Assembly: GCA_026023565.1 (NCBI GenBank)
Contig: JAPETS010000023.1
Location: forward strand, 62,001 to 126,000
Reading direction: 5' to 3'
Length of the DNA stretch: 64,000 bases
Source of the DNA: Cirrosporium novae-zelandiae
Lineage: Eukaryota
In this document: piece after piece, positions 1-11,939 of the stretch
Numbering within the stretch: position 1 is the stretch's first letter
Layout of the letters: every line of letters begins with the position of its first letter
Program-made: the position numbers and the translations under genes
The notes under the pieces: generated by a model
What the model was told of the DNA's origin: nothing
The model's input: the letters and a program-made list of their open reading frames with translations, nothing else
The model's database searches: none

Positions 1-1710
1 ACTCATAGGTGGTAGAGGCAAAGGAGCTGATACTAGAGTGTCCTCTTTTAGCTCGGTAATGGGAGTAGGCTCTATTGCACTCTCAAGGTCATCATCTAAC
101 AAAAGGATCTTACTAAACCTGCCACCTAGACTAGACGAAGGTGCTCTTTCAGCTATAGGGGCTATGATATCTGGGTCATCAACTTGGCTCAAGTCATCCA
201 AAGAATGACGACGACATTCTGAGCTATCATCTTTGCTCGATAGTGTCAGCCGACTAAATTCAAGAGATGGAATCTTCCAAAGTCGCGAGCCCGGCCCAAT
301 TTGTGGGAAATGCTGGCTATGGGACTGAGAGAGAGAGCTTAAGTTGCTCTTATGGCGACTAGTACTAATCCGAACCTGTTGAGAGACTTCACGGAAGTAG
401 CTCGTTCGAGAACGTCGGCTTTCAGATCGCTCAAGTGTAGCTGTTGAGACCCGTGTTGAGTTTCGTCTCTCCTGAGACTCCTTCTTGTAGCTAACATGGC
501 GAACGACAATAGCACTATCAGAGACATCTTTGCTCGGGGCTGGAGGAGGATTGACAGGAATTGTTGCTCCTTGGTCCTCAGAATTGGTGTTGTCAACTCC
601 TTCCTCCTGGCTAGCTACCAAGGAGGCTACCTGCTCTGTAACATCCATTTCCTTTATCACCGAAAGACCACTGGTATTGGCAAGTGCAATTTGGTCCACT
701 TGTTGGCTTGACTCAGGCTCAGATATAGGTCCCACGGCCTCGATCTTGTTGCCGTAGGGTGGTGGTGGCGCTGAACTTGGTTCACCGGGTAGTTCTGCTG
801 GTGAGCGCTCAGAGCCCAAAACATCCCCAGCAAAAGTCTCTTCGGGAGCAATAGCCTCTCTATAAAGACTACTTGGAGGCCTGCTGTTTCCTGGTATACT
901 CGGATCGACTGCATAAAAGGGTAGAGAAAGCACAGAGACATCAGACCTGAAGAAATGATGCTCCTCCTCGAAGTTTTCAGTATAGTCGTAATAAATAGGG
1001 CTAGGTGAGTGGGTTCGGCTATTCCTGGAGTCAGAATTCGGATACTGCAAGCGGTCGGATAAAGACGGGGCCTTGGCACTGCATATTGATACACTGGGAG
1101 TGAGAGCTCTTTGCGGAGGTGGAGTAGCGCAGGAACCCGGAGACGGGTTGATAGTTGGAGTTGACGAACGTATCAAGGATGGAACACTTGTATTCATATC
1201 ACTGCGGTATCCATACGGAGCTCTCCTTTGTGGATGGAATGGTGGCATTTGCCCACTATGGCCATGGAAGGCAGGATCAAACCTTGGCCTACCACGCCAT
1301 CCTGGTGGAGGCCCATCGCTCATAGCTGGGGAAGGAGGGCGGATTCCAGGCCTTCTAAGCCTTGCTGGTGCTGGATAGGCGTAAGGAGACCGAGGTCTTT
1401 GAATTGGCACATCTCTGTAATTCTTGAGACTCGCGTAAGATCGATTTGGGTGTAGATTATGGTTACTATATGTAGGGTGAGAGGCTTGGGTGAGCGAATA
1501 TGCACGACTATCTGTTCCATAAGGAGGACTCGTTGGACGCATAAAAGGAGGGTCAAGGTCCCTATCTCTGTCGTGTGGATGAAGATTTCGATGTGTTGGA
1601 GGCCTGTTTGGAGGGTAACGATGGTGGTGACTAGGTCTTGGGCCCATATGATGTGGATGGGAATTACCAGGTGGATACATGTCTCGATGTACAGGTCCTC
1701 CCCGAAGCAT
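1..1710 (-). CDS. Pro/Ser/Arg-rich, probably disordered hypothetical fungal protein; 3' end lies beyond the window
   Basis: Not in the ORF track because no stop is reached. ATG at 1710 (MLRGGPVHRDMYPPGN...) and the frame was open in every part I translated, including the last codons to base 1. Contains RLRRPGIRPPSPAMSD and SPIYYDYTENFEEE, which resemble conserved blocks I recall from Pezizomycotina hypothetical proteins. Confidence 0.75.
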   Translation of the reverse strand, partial: MLRGGPVHRDMYPPGNSHPHHMGPRPSHHHRYPPNRPPTHRNLHPHDRDRDLDPPFMRPTSPPYGTDSRAYSLTQASHPTYSNHNLHPNRSYASLKNYRDVPIQRPRSPYAYPAPARLRRPGIRPPSPAMSDGPPPGWRGRPRFDPAFHGHSGQMPPFHPQRRAPYGYRSDMNTSVPSLIRSSTPTINPSPGSCATPPPQRALTPSVSICSAKAPSLSDRLQYPNSDSRNSRTHSPSPIYYDYTENFEEEHHFFRSDVSVLSLPFYAVDPSIPGNSRPPSSLYREAIAPEETFAGDVLGSERSPAELPGEPSSAPPPPYGNKIEAVGPISEPESSQQVDQIALANTSGLSVIKEMDVTEQVASLVASQEEGVDNTNSEDQGATIPVNPPPAPSKDVSDSAIVVRHVSYKKESQERRNSTRVSTATLERSESRRSRTSYFREVSQQVRISTSRHKSNLSSLSQSHSQHFPQIGPGSRLWKIPSLEFSRLTLSSKDDSSECRRHSLDDLSQVDDPDIIAPIAERAPSSSLGGRFSKILLLDDDLESAIEPTPITELKEDTLVSAPLPLPPMS

Positions 1711-2202
1711 CTTCACTCCAATTAACAGAAACAAAGCCAAAAGTGTAGACAAAAGGAGAGGACTGAAGGGAAATGATGAAGAGAGCGATTGGGGAAGAAA
1801 AATAAACATGAGAGCAGAAGAATAGAAATTTATTGTAGTAATTGCCTGAGTATGTCTAGATATGTTTGTCTGAGGAAGTCACATATCAAGCTCACTACAG
1901 AGAAGAAGCAGTTTTGACTAATGGCAGTTTCCACGAAATGGCAATTGAACATTTTTTCCATCTTACTTCTAATGTGTTCTATCTGCTAGTAAACCACAAT
2001 AGAAGACTACCTAGGTAGACAGAGTACGGGTTATTCTTGCTGAGGGTTTTTCGAATTACCTAGGTAGTTATATATTTCCATCAATTACTAAGCTCACCTT
2101 TATAGATTTGCCTATGAGAATGTGTAACGTATTATTTTTTAAATAGAGTCGAGTCTTTCTCATTGAAGGAATAACGAAGAGGGCAAACCCGTCATAGATT
2201 TC

Positions 2203-2301
2203 TGTTGCTGTTGCTGTTGCTGTTGCTGTTAAAAATTCTAAACAGAAGCAACTACCCCTAGTGCTCCCGTTCTCCCGTTCTCCCGTTCTCCCGTTCTCCC
2301 G
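2203..2301. repeat. Two adjacent short tandem repeats, (CTGTTG)n and (TCTCCCGT)n
   Basis: About 4.5 copies of CTGTTG at 2203-2230 and about 4.5 copies of an 8-mer at 2264-2301, in the divergent intergenic region. Confidence 0.85.
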
Positions 2302-2668
2302 AACCCCTGTGCTTCTAGATTGGCCCGAATTGAATGTCCCAAACTGACCTCATGATTATTCAGCTCTGTTATCTTTATCGTACTAAAAGTAATCCTTGGC
2401 CTTAACCTTCTCGAGTCAGATTTATAAGATCAAATCTAGTGGCTATTATTCGATGTCTTTCTAATCTTCCTGTGTGTCCCATTGACTTCCCAGAAAATAC
2501 TTATTATTCTTTCGCCTGCGTTTGCGACCACTGATCACCGTTGTTGCAAAGCCCCTATTCTATTTACCCCGCCCCCGCCGTTAAGATTCTGCACCCATCC
2601 GAACTCCCTAACTTCCTCGCGCAAACATTCTCGTTGGCATATCAGTGATCACATATCAACCAACATTC

Positions 2669-3621
2669 ATGGCCCTTCGTCCACCCCCCGGACCACGATC
2701 CCTCACAGCTGGGCCTGACAGCGGCCCGGAAGCACCATTCCCTATCCATGTATCGGGGCCAGTCATAAAAGGTTTTGGACGAGGCAGCAAAGAAGTATGT
2801 TCCCGCCTACTGTCGCTTTGCGCTGCATAATTCTCCCGCAGCTGTCATCCACGTTTTTACTGCAACCTGGCTGCTCTGTCGATGCAACTGCATCTCATGC
2901 ACATCTGGCTCGCAAAAGAAAATGAGTGAGCGACATGCTGATTCGAGCCTTGGCTGTTGCCTTCTAGCTCGGCATACCGACCGCAAACCTCCCAGTCTCG
3001 GGGCTCTCCATTGGTGGTCATTCCGATTTAGCTAGCGGGGTATATTTCGGTTTCGCATCTTTACATCCTTCTTTCTTCTCTATGCATACAATCCCAGAAG
3101 ATATCAATACACACCCTGGGGTGGAGAAAACACAGAAAAACAATGCGCCTGTAAACAACAAACACGAAACCACCCCCATCATCTTTCCAGCCGTTCTGTC
3201 TCTTGGTTATAATCCCTTCTACGCCAATACTGTCCGCAGCCTTGAGATCCATTTGTTATCACCAAATCCCTCCTCTTCTTCCACAACTGATGAATCCAAA
3301 CCTATCCCCTCCTTCACCCTCCCTGATTTCTATGGCACTCGAATGCATCTTCTCATACTCGGTTTCATCCGTCCAGAATACAACTATGACAGTTTAGAGA
3401 GTCTGGTTAAAGATATCAAAATAGATGGTGAAGTCGCAAGGAAGAGTTTGGCGCGGGAAGGGTATGCGCAATTTGAACAGGAGAAATGGCTAATAGAGTA
3501 CGCAACCGAGAATAGCGATGTTAACGGGGTGCATCTCCCGAGTGAAAATGAGAGCAATGGGACCATGAAGAATGAAGACGTAATGAAAGAGGGAAAACCA
3601 GAGACGATAGGAAACCCATGA
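2669..3621 (+). CDS. FMN1: Riboflavin kinase
   Basis: Exon 1 is 2669-2794 (...[11 protein letters not shown]), intron 2795-2967 (GTATGT...CTAG), exon 2 is 2968-3621 (LGIPTAN...GVYFG...LSLGYNPFY...EIHL...[21 protein letters not shown]). All flavokinase motifs are present. Confidence 0.95.
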
Positions 3622-4415
3622 TGGAGGTGATTAAATGCGATGTGACGGCCCTCATTGTAAAGATTTCAAGTAGAGCAACCCGTGTTTAGATTTCTGTTTT
3701 CTGTTCTAGAATAGGTTAGGATAGCTACCTTAGAGTTGGAAGATTTCCATAGATTCGAATATGACACAGCTAGGAATTACTATAATAGTACTATTGTACT
3801 TCAGATGATGTACCTAGCTAACTAGTTGTACGCACAATATTAAAGGTAGAAGAATATGGACAACAGATGGGGCCGCCCCACCTTCGGTTTGACGTTGACC
3901 TTTCATATCGTTGGATGTGATTAGTGGCACATTGTATCGTGGGTTGTTTCTCGTCGTACTTGTCCTCTTTCGCTATCTCATCCCTTGTATCCTTGCCCTT
4001 TTGGTTATAGTAAGCAATCCGCCTCTTGTGTGTCATCCGTACAAATGGAATACCGAACATGGGAAAAATAACATGACAAGAGAAAAAAACAAAAAAAACA
4101 AAAAATGTGTAATGTATAAACAAACTCCTTTTAAAACTCCATTGTTGAATCCTTTCCCCCTACCCTGACCCCCATTTTTTGCTGGTCTTGAGCCTTGACC
4201 GACCATAATCTCCCATCCCTAGTTCCCCAAGTTGTTCACATAAATGGTCCGAATGTGCAAGAAAGAAGTGCGAAAGGAGGTATTGCGTGGTTATGAAGAG
4301 AAAGTGAATTGAAACACGCCATTTGCGCCAAACCGATTTCCCCAAAGATGAATGAATACCCAACTAGGAGGTTGATGAACCCATTGAAAGCGAGTGATTA
4401 AGGGAACGAAAATCT

Positions 4416-6661
4416 TCAAATGATGGGTAGGAACTGGATAACGTGTTAGCAATGTGACCTCTAAAGGGTAATATAGAAAACACTTACGTTCATGATAATC
4501 AAATTGGGAATATCAAAGCAATCCCTCTTGACCATCCAACAATAACTGCATTCAATCTTACCATCAGGTCCTCCTAACCTGTCCATGCCAGCTTCCCCTG
4601 CTATCCCTTTCCCTACAATATGACTATAACTCCTTTTCTTTTTACGCATATCACCCGTGTCCCCTGAACCATCAGTCTTCTCAATAACCTGATCTGGTTG
4701 ATTCCGTTGATTTTCTGGACTGGTAGTTGCGGGTATATCTTCCCTGGTCCTGTACTTGAGCAACTTGCACCTTGACTTGATGCTTCCTCTTGAGTCCCCG
4801 AATGCAATGCGTGAGAAATCATCATAAAACTCAAGGACGCTTTCTTGGTCAAGTAGTTCTGCAAGAAAAACAGGTCTAGGCCCTGGCTCTCCACCATCTG
4901 CTTGGAGAGGCGTGTTGAAACCACCACGGGAGGAGACTGTTGATCCCTGGTTTGAGGATCCTCCAGTATTGACATTGAGGTTAGGTTCCTTGCCAAGACA
5001 CACGTCTTTCTTCCAACCAGTCAAAATGCTGAACTCTTTATTTACTAGAGCAACTTCGCCGGTCCTTCGGAAAACAATAGTAGGAGTTCCATATGCATTA
5101 GTGAAATCTTCATATTCCCAAAGAGTCCGTTGGCAATACTGTTCCATGAACACCAAATCAGCGTCGGATAGTTTTTTTGTACATGAAATGAAGGAAGGGC
5201 GAATTGAAGCAAGAGCCTTCGCAATCCTGAGTGTGGAAGAGGGGGGGAAACGGCGTTGCACCAGAGCTATAAGAGCATGAAAACCAACGGTATAGGGATA
5301 TGGCTTTTTGACGGATTCATAAACCAGTGAAGCATCACGAGGTCGTTTTCTGGGCTGTGGGGGTTGCTGAGCTTTGAGCTGAGGGGTAGAAATTGTAGCT
5401 TGGGGTTGAGCTGTTTGGTTAGTATGGTCTTGGAACTGTTGGTTGGACTGAGTGGAGGACGCAATTGGGTTACCATTTTCGTCGTAGCCAGTCACAACCG
5501 CTTGAGGGCTATCAGTTGAACTAGGACTCATGAATTGGTTTCCAGTTTCAATAGTGTATGCGTTTGGTTGGATCATGTTGTGACTTGGATGATACATATT
5601 ATTCATGCTTCCAGGATTAGTTGTCTGACCGTTTTGCCAGTCGCCCACAACGCCATCTTGTGGGTATGGATAATTCTGGGTACTTGGACTTCCTTCATAG
5701 CCAGACTGTACAGCAGAGAAAGATCCGCCACGGGTGGTATTGTCGCTTGGAGGAGTATCCGCAGCACCCGTAGTAATGTGCCCTAGCATACCGAATTCCA
5801 AGGCACCATAATTGTTGGCGAAATTGAGACTTTGGAGATCGAAATTGAAAATCGCAGGGTCGCTAGGATCAAACATCGCTCCTGTGACTGGATTTTGGAG
5901 GTTCGCAGGATTAGGATTGGCGGACTGAGCCATGGTCGTTGGCATTGTGTGAGTAGGTGTTGTTCCTGGGCCGGATCCCATGTTGAAGGATGGTGTTGCT
6001 GGCGATGGATGAGGAGTAAAAGAGTTTTGGTGGATCATCGCTTCTGGTACCATCGGTGGAGGCATATGCGCTTGCATTCGATTTGGATATACGGGATAGT
6101 TTGGAGCAGCCGTCTGTTGCTGAGGAGCAAAAGGTAGTTGCTGGGGATTCCCCATTCCGGCATGAGGAGGAGGTTGCGCATTTCCATTGTTGTGGTGCTG
6201 GTTGGCATGAGGAAAGTAATGGCCTCCGACTCCAGGCATCAATGCTTCATTTGGCGCATCGTGAAGATACTTAGCTTTCTTTCGAACACCATCATGACAG
6301 CCATCTTGAAGACCACGTTTAATACAACGTTGACATGGTCGCTCATCGCCTATTGGGGGCAAGCAATCAGTATAATTGTCTAGATGATGAAACAGATGAG
6401 AATATAAGACCCACCGCAAGTCAGATGCGCCCGCTGGCAAGCGAAGCAAGCCCTCCTGGCCTTCTTCCTCCTAGGTCTTAACGGATCCTTTGCGCTCGGC
6501 ATGTTCTTACTCTGTCCGTTTTGTTCGGAAGACTCAGTGTTATTTTCTGATTTTCCTTCGCCCTGGTTGGGATTCTCGCCCATATCTCCCGCCTCCGCAT
6601 CAGCACTGTCGTCGGGCGACGGCGAGTGCGAGCGTGAGGCATCGTCCGTGTCCACGGTCAT
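4416..6661 (-). CDS. acuK: Zn2Cys6 transcriptional activator of gluconeogenesis, AcuK/Ert1 type
   Basis: Exons 6661-6415, 6349-4488 and 4433-4416. Zinc cluster [43 protein letters not shown]-terminal PAS-like region [13 protein letters not shown]...[28 protein letters not shown]. Confidence 0.92.
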
Positions 6662-8290
6662 AATATATCCGGCGCACAAAGCAGCCCCAAAACCAATGGA
6701 TGATGTAGGGGGTGGTGGGATTGACAGTGCCGGCCGTCAGACTCCCACGTTCGCTGTATGCAGGTATCCGCCAGTTCACACCCTCTCGAGGACGAACCAC
6801 CGCAGCGGTTCGTCCAGTGTTTCGCGCAGGTCTGAAGCAATGTCTTAAGTTGTGGTGATACACAGTCGAGGGGGACCGAGGGCATTCGATCACGCGACGG
6901 CTGGCTTATCACGACAGATGCTGAAAGATGCTTTCTGCTGCAGGTATGCGCCTCGGTATCGTATCACAAGCTAGCAATTTTTGGTGCTGAGGGGTTGGTC
7001 TATATCTTCCGCCTTAAGTCTGCACCTGTCGCTCCGGGGACTCAGGTTATGTCGACACAGCTATTAATGGGGTATGTTGGAGAGTCGTGGCGTCTGTGGA
7101 GGAAAGGATTGGCAATGCGCAGAAGTCGGCTGCGGTCACTATTGTTCGAGGTCGCATCTCACCAGTCTGTCGGTAACTGCAGAGATTAAAACAAGTCAAG
7201 TCGGGCCGTCTACGTTTGAAGAATGCTGTTTTTGGATATCATAACATGTAGCATAATTGTTTTTTTTTTGTTCAGATGGGAGTAGAGTGGAGATCAAAGT
7301 GCGGAGTTTCCAGAATTGACCAAAAGTTGGAAGTTGGGGAACTAGGAATTGGGGAATTGAGGATTGAGGATTGGGATTTGCTATGACGGGATTGAAGGCA
7401 AAGGATAAATTAATGATGGAAGAGGAGGATTGAAGGGTCGAGAGAAGAAAGAAGAGCAAACAAGCATTTTACTTGTTTTTTATTTTTTTTTCTTCCTTTT
7501 TGTTTTTGTTTTTTTTTTCCCTCTTCATTTCTCTCTCTCTTCATTTTCTTTCCCATTTTTCCACTACTTTTCCAACTTTCCCCACAAAAGCCACACCGCA
7601 CCGCCATTACTTTTCAATCCATTGACCTTTAAACCTTTAAATCCCCTCGGTTGAATCTCTTTTGGTTTACGGAGTCACGGAAGTTACAAAATTGAAACTT
7701 TAACAATTCTCAAGGATTTCTTACTGGTGGACCCTTTGATGCCAGTAGATTATAGCATTAATTGAATTGTTATTTATTGCAACTCTCTCTATCTTTCTGT
7801 CTCTCTTTTTCCCTCTTTTTGTATAACTATTATAATCGATTCATTTGGACTAGATAGATCTCTCTGACCGCCTTACGTAGCCAAAATATGCACCTCGATG
7901 AATTTCTGTAACATTTAATTGGGAAGATGGCATCAAGGGGAAGAAAAAAACATGAATGATTTTAAAAGTCAAGGTCAATTCTTTGCCAGGTTGTTTTATC
8001 TTAATAAAATACATCCCATGCCTTTCTTCTCATCATCCCTCCATCTATTCATTTACCTAGAGGATAGATGATGAATAGATGGATCATTAAATTGAGTCAT
8101 TCACTCCCTTATCCGGCCAGCAGCTGCAACCCCGGGACGCAGTGAGGCGAGGGAAAGATCCAAACACGTTGTTGACACATCCCAGATCTGCTGTCTTGCT
8201 CCTCATCTGCGCAAGGTTACTCGAATACCGTAGGGACCATTAGGGATCATTGGGGATACAAGACGGCTTTGTCATCCTTGTGTTGATTTC

Positions 8291-8398
8291 TGCCAAAAGG
8301 ATGCCAGAATATGCCAGAGGATGTTAAACCATGCCAAACCATGCCAAACCATGCCAAAGTGTTGCCAAAGTCTGTGCCAAAATTGCCGGCCTCGCCAG
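8291..8398. repeat. Degenerate ~10-bp tandem array, unit ATGCCAAACC
   Basis: TGCCA cores at 8291, 8302, 8312, 8332, 8342, 8352, 8363 and 8375, plus degenerate units. Confidence 0.8.
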
Positions 8399-8677
8399 TG
8401 TCAGCCGCACATCCAATTCCAAATTCCCGGCATACCGGATACCTTTGCTTGGCCTCTTGCACCTCTCTCTATTTCTCATCCCTCCTACATTCACGCATCC
8501 ACACATTCACCCCCCCTCCAAAAAAAACACCTTCCACCTCTCTTCTCAACAAAATGCAGTAATATTCACATGAAACCAAACATGGAACCAACATGACCCT
8601 AATATACTGCTAATATTGATTCACCCAATTTATTACGCCTTTCAGGACCCCGAGCATATGGTTCTCCTCTGCATCTT

Positions 8678-11147
8678 TTAATTGCATGATGCAAATCGGC
8701 TCCTTCCACGGATGCGCTTTCCATATCGATAAAAGATATACCTGCCACAAATTAACATCTATCCATTCATCGGTCTTAATCAGTGCTAACAGTGCTAAGA
8801 ATGATATGCTTACGGGAAAGGCGCCATGATCAGCTACATCCTGATATCAGCCTTGTTTCAGAAATCTTTCTCCTTCTGGAACTAAACTTACTGCGAGACA
8901 GGCCAGAAGAAACGTAGCCCATTGATATCCAAGCTTATTATACATTTGCACCTGTCCATATTAGTTAGTATACGCCCTGAAGCTGTCTATCATAAATAGG
9001 GACTTCGGCATCCAAACTTACCCCGAATAGGGGGAATCCCGCAGCAAATGACGAACGAGTGAAGCTTAGAAGCTCATTAGCAACCCTGTACTTGACCGAC
9101 GACCCATGCTATATCCCACTTACGAGTTGGCAGCAAGTGCACCTGTCCCATTCAATTAGCAATACATCCAACTAGAAAGCTTTGTGTTGATGAGCCATTG
9201 GACCTACTTGCAGCGTACAGAGGATAGGCATCAACTAAGAAGGTGAAGACGCCGGAAAAGACTAGCAAAACCCTAATAAATGATCAGCATCCTGGAAAGG
9301 TTGTACAGAATTTATAGGCTGAGGCATACCCCGCTCCAAAAAAGGTACTGCCAATGATGGGCACAATCCAATGAACTGATGCATATGTCGTCCAACCGAA
9401 CCAGAGCAGCCCGATTGGGACACATATCGCTCCCGCGATCGCAGGAGGTAGTCGAAATTCAGGCTCACTACCTCCAACTTCACCTGTAGTCTCTTCATGC
9501 CTTTTGCAAAGACGGTCGTAATTCTTCACCCAAATGGGGTTTGTACACATTCCCAGCAACATGCCTACCGACATCCTAATACGAGCATTAAAACCCAACA
9601 TCCAAGACAGGATATATGTGAATCATCTTACCCCAGGAATGCAAGCCCCACTTGCCACAGATTAAACCCATGGTTGTTCTCAAATATCAGAGCGAAAGCG
9701 CCAAAGAACAGATAAACTATCCCAAGTACAAGAGCTGATAACAGACACAGATTCAAACACATAGGCTCTAGTAGCAGTAGCATAAAGGGCCGATAGCATG
9801 ATTGATAAACCGTGTACAGAACAGACCGCTTTAATTCTTCAATTGGGGCTCTCCACCTGTCATCCCCAGTTTCCAATCGACGTTTTTGTGCTCTTCGCCG
9901 AAGTAGGACCGGGTGGTATGTCTCAGGCACAAACAAGATGATCGAGCAGAGCATCGTGCCAGCCCAGATGAGCTGCACATAGAATGTCCAACGCCTGGCT
10001 ATGGTTAGAATTCTGACATAAGCCAAGAAATTGTGATACATATTCCTACCAATCTATGAAAGTATTGATAAAACCGGCAATTATGGGCCCAATCTCACTA
10101 GACGCTTGTCAATATGTATACCTCTACCAACCCACTGTGGAGCACATACGGGCCGAGGAACGGTGAACTAGACAATTGTCAGTATGCAGATATACACGAG
10201 AAGAACATGTTACATGCCCACTATAGATCATCATAGGCAGGTTGAGCTCGTCTTTTCTAAAAAGATCTCCTATGGTTCCACCTGCAACGCTCAAGAACGC
10301 GCTTCCGGAGACGCCATCAAGAAACCTAGCCACGAGCATTGTTGCTATATTATTAGCAACCGCACAAGGGATCAGCCAAATTACGAAGAGGTTAAAGGAG
10401 ATTAAATAAATAATCCGACGGCCATAGAACTATCTAACGGTCAGGATCCAAGCCTCGATAAGACCCAGGAGCATTTACCTCGGACAATGGTGAGAGGAAG
10501 AGCGGTCCTATACCCAAGCCTTTTGCCATTTAGCATTCTCGCCTATCAGCATATACGAGACATCGCTTACCCATAACAAACAAGGAGAGACCAAGTGTGG
10601 CGACTTCTCTTGATATATCAAATTCCGGCTCAATTTGTTTATATGTCGAGGTATATATGGACGAGGCGCACGTCCTAGAAACAACCATCAGCTAGGTCAA
10701 AGAACGCGACTTGTCAATTGCTTACACGCAAAGTGAGGCCATTGAGATGAGTATCGTAATCAGGTACTTTTTAAAGGAACTCATATTTCGTGGGTCCTCT
10801 GGGTCATTGTCTCCATCCCATGTAACTATGAAGTTTTTATCATCGTCCACCCCTCCATCTTCCAAGGCAGTTTGGTTTCCTTCTTCCTCGCTGAAGGTAG
10901 TGAAGCCATGTCCATCACCATAAGAATGGACCGAATGGATGGTTGACAGAGGTCGATGTAAAGAAACAGAGTGGGTAAGGGTGTCTTGATCTTCGGTGGG
11001 CTGGTTCTCTGACTTAATCGGACAATATTGTTTTTCATCAGCGGTATGGTCTTCAATGTCGTTATGCTTTTTCTGTTCGCTGGCGGCTGATGAAGTTAAC
11101 GAAGACAGGGACGGGGACATCTCAGAGATCTTTTCTTCCGACGTCAT
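8678..11147 (-). CDS. MFS drug:H+ antiporter (DHA1 family), 14 exons
   Basis: Manually spliced protein contains [84 protein letters not shown] and ends [15 protein letters not shown] at 8678. It has 13 introns, one of them GC-AG. Confidence 0.92.
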
Positions 11148-11939
11148 GGCTAAAGGTGAGTAACGATATAAACTCTAGTTGTTCTCAGAAGTCAACAGCG
11201 GGGCTCCGGTGGGTGTGCCGTTCCATTATATATATTTTAGTATCGTGACTTTCTGTCAAGCAACTTTGACAGAAACAATATTACGACAATCCTCACTGCA
11301 GCTCGAGCTTGGAAGAGCTATTTGAAATACAAAAAGCACAGGACAACAACGAAGGAAGAAAAAAAATATTAGCAACAACGGTATCCATTTTAATTCGGCT
11401 TTATCTGCTACCTAAGCAGCTTAGTAAATGTTAAACAGGGAGGCCTTATCTGGTTAAAAGGGGAGAAACGAAAAAACTCGTTGAAGCGGAACCACCCCAT
11501 CCCAAGCTACCGTGTATGTTAGCTATTAGTGGAAACCCGTCGTCATTATAGAATAAAAGCGGGAATTTGAATGAACAAAAAACCGAAAGCGCGAGAGCTT
11601 CTACAGGACCACGCCGGCAATATCGGCATAGCATGGGGCGCAATCACGATTTTTGGTAACTAGATTTGATTTGATTTTCCTACACCTCAGATGAGATTAG
11701 CTTAACCAGATAGAGATAATTAGAGAGGAGACAAGCAAAAAAAATAAATAGAATATCTAGATCCGTCTTATCCGCTCTTATATCCGCCGTTTTCTTTTTT
11801 TTCTCTTCTTCTCGGATTGCTTCTACTAATCATGTATGACTCAAATAGGTAAAAGCATCATTTCCCTTGATGAGTTAGACTAATCATGGGGGATTAATAG
11901 GTATTGGTTCGGTAAGTTGGAACGGGATATGACACAGTA

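Noticed and set aside
339..1725. Many short ORFs that at first suggested a degraded retrotransposon gag
   Set aside because: Explained by one open minus-strand frame; no LTR, zinc knuckle or reverse transcriptase motifs.
11447..11712. 11-bp inverted repeat TATCTGGTTAA as possible MITE ends
   Set aside because: The match does not extend inward and is too short to exceed chance.
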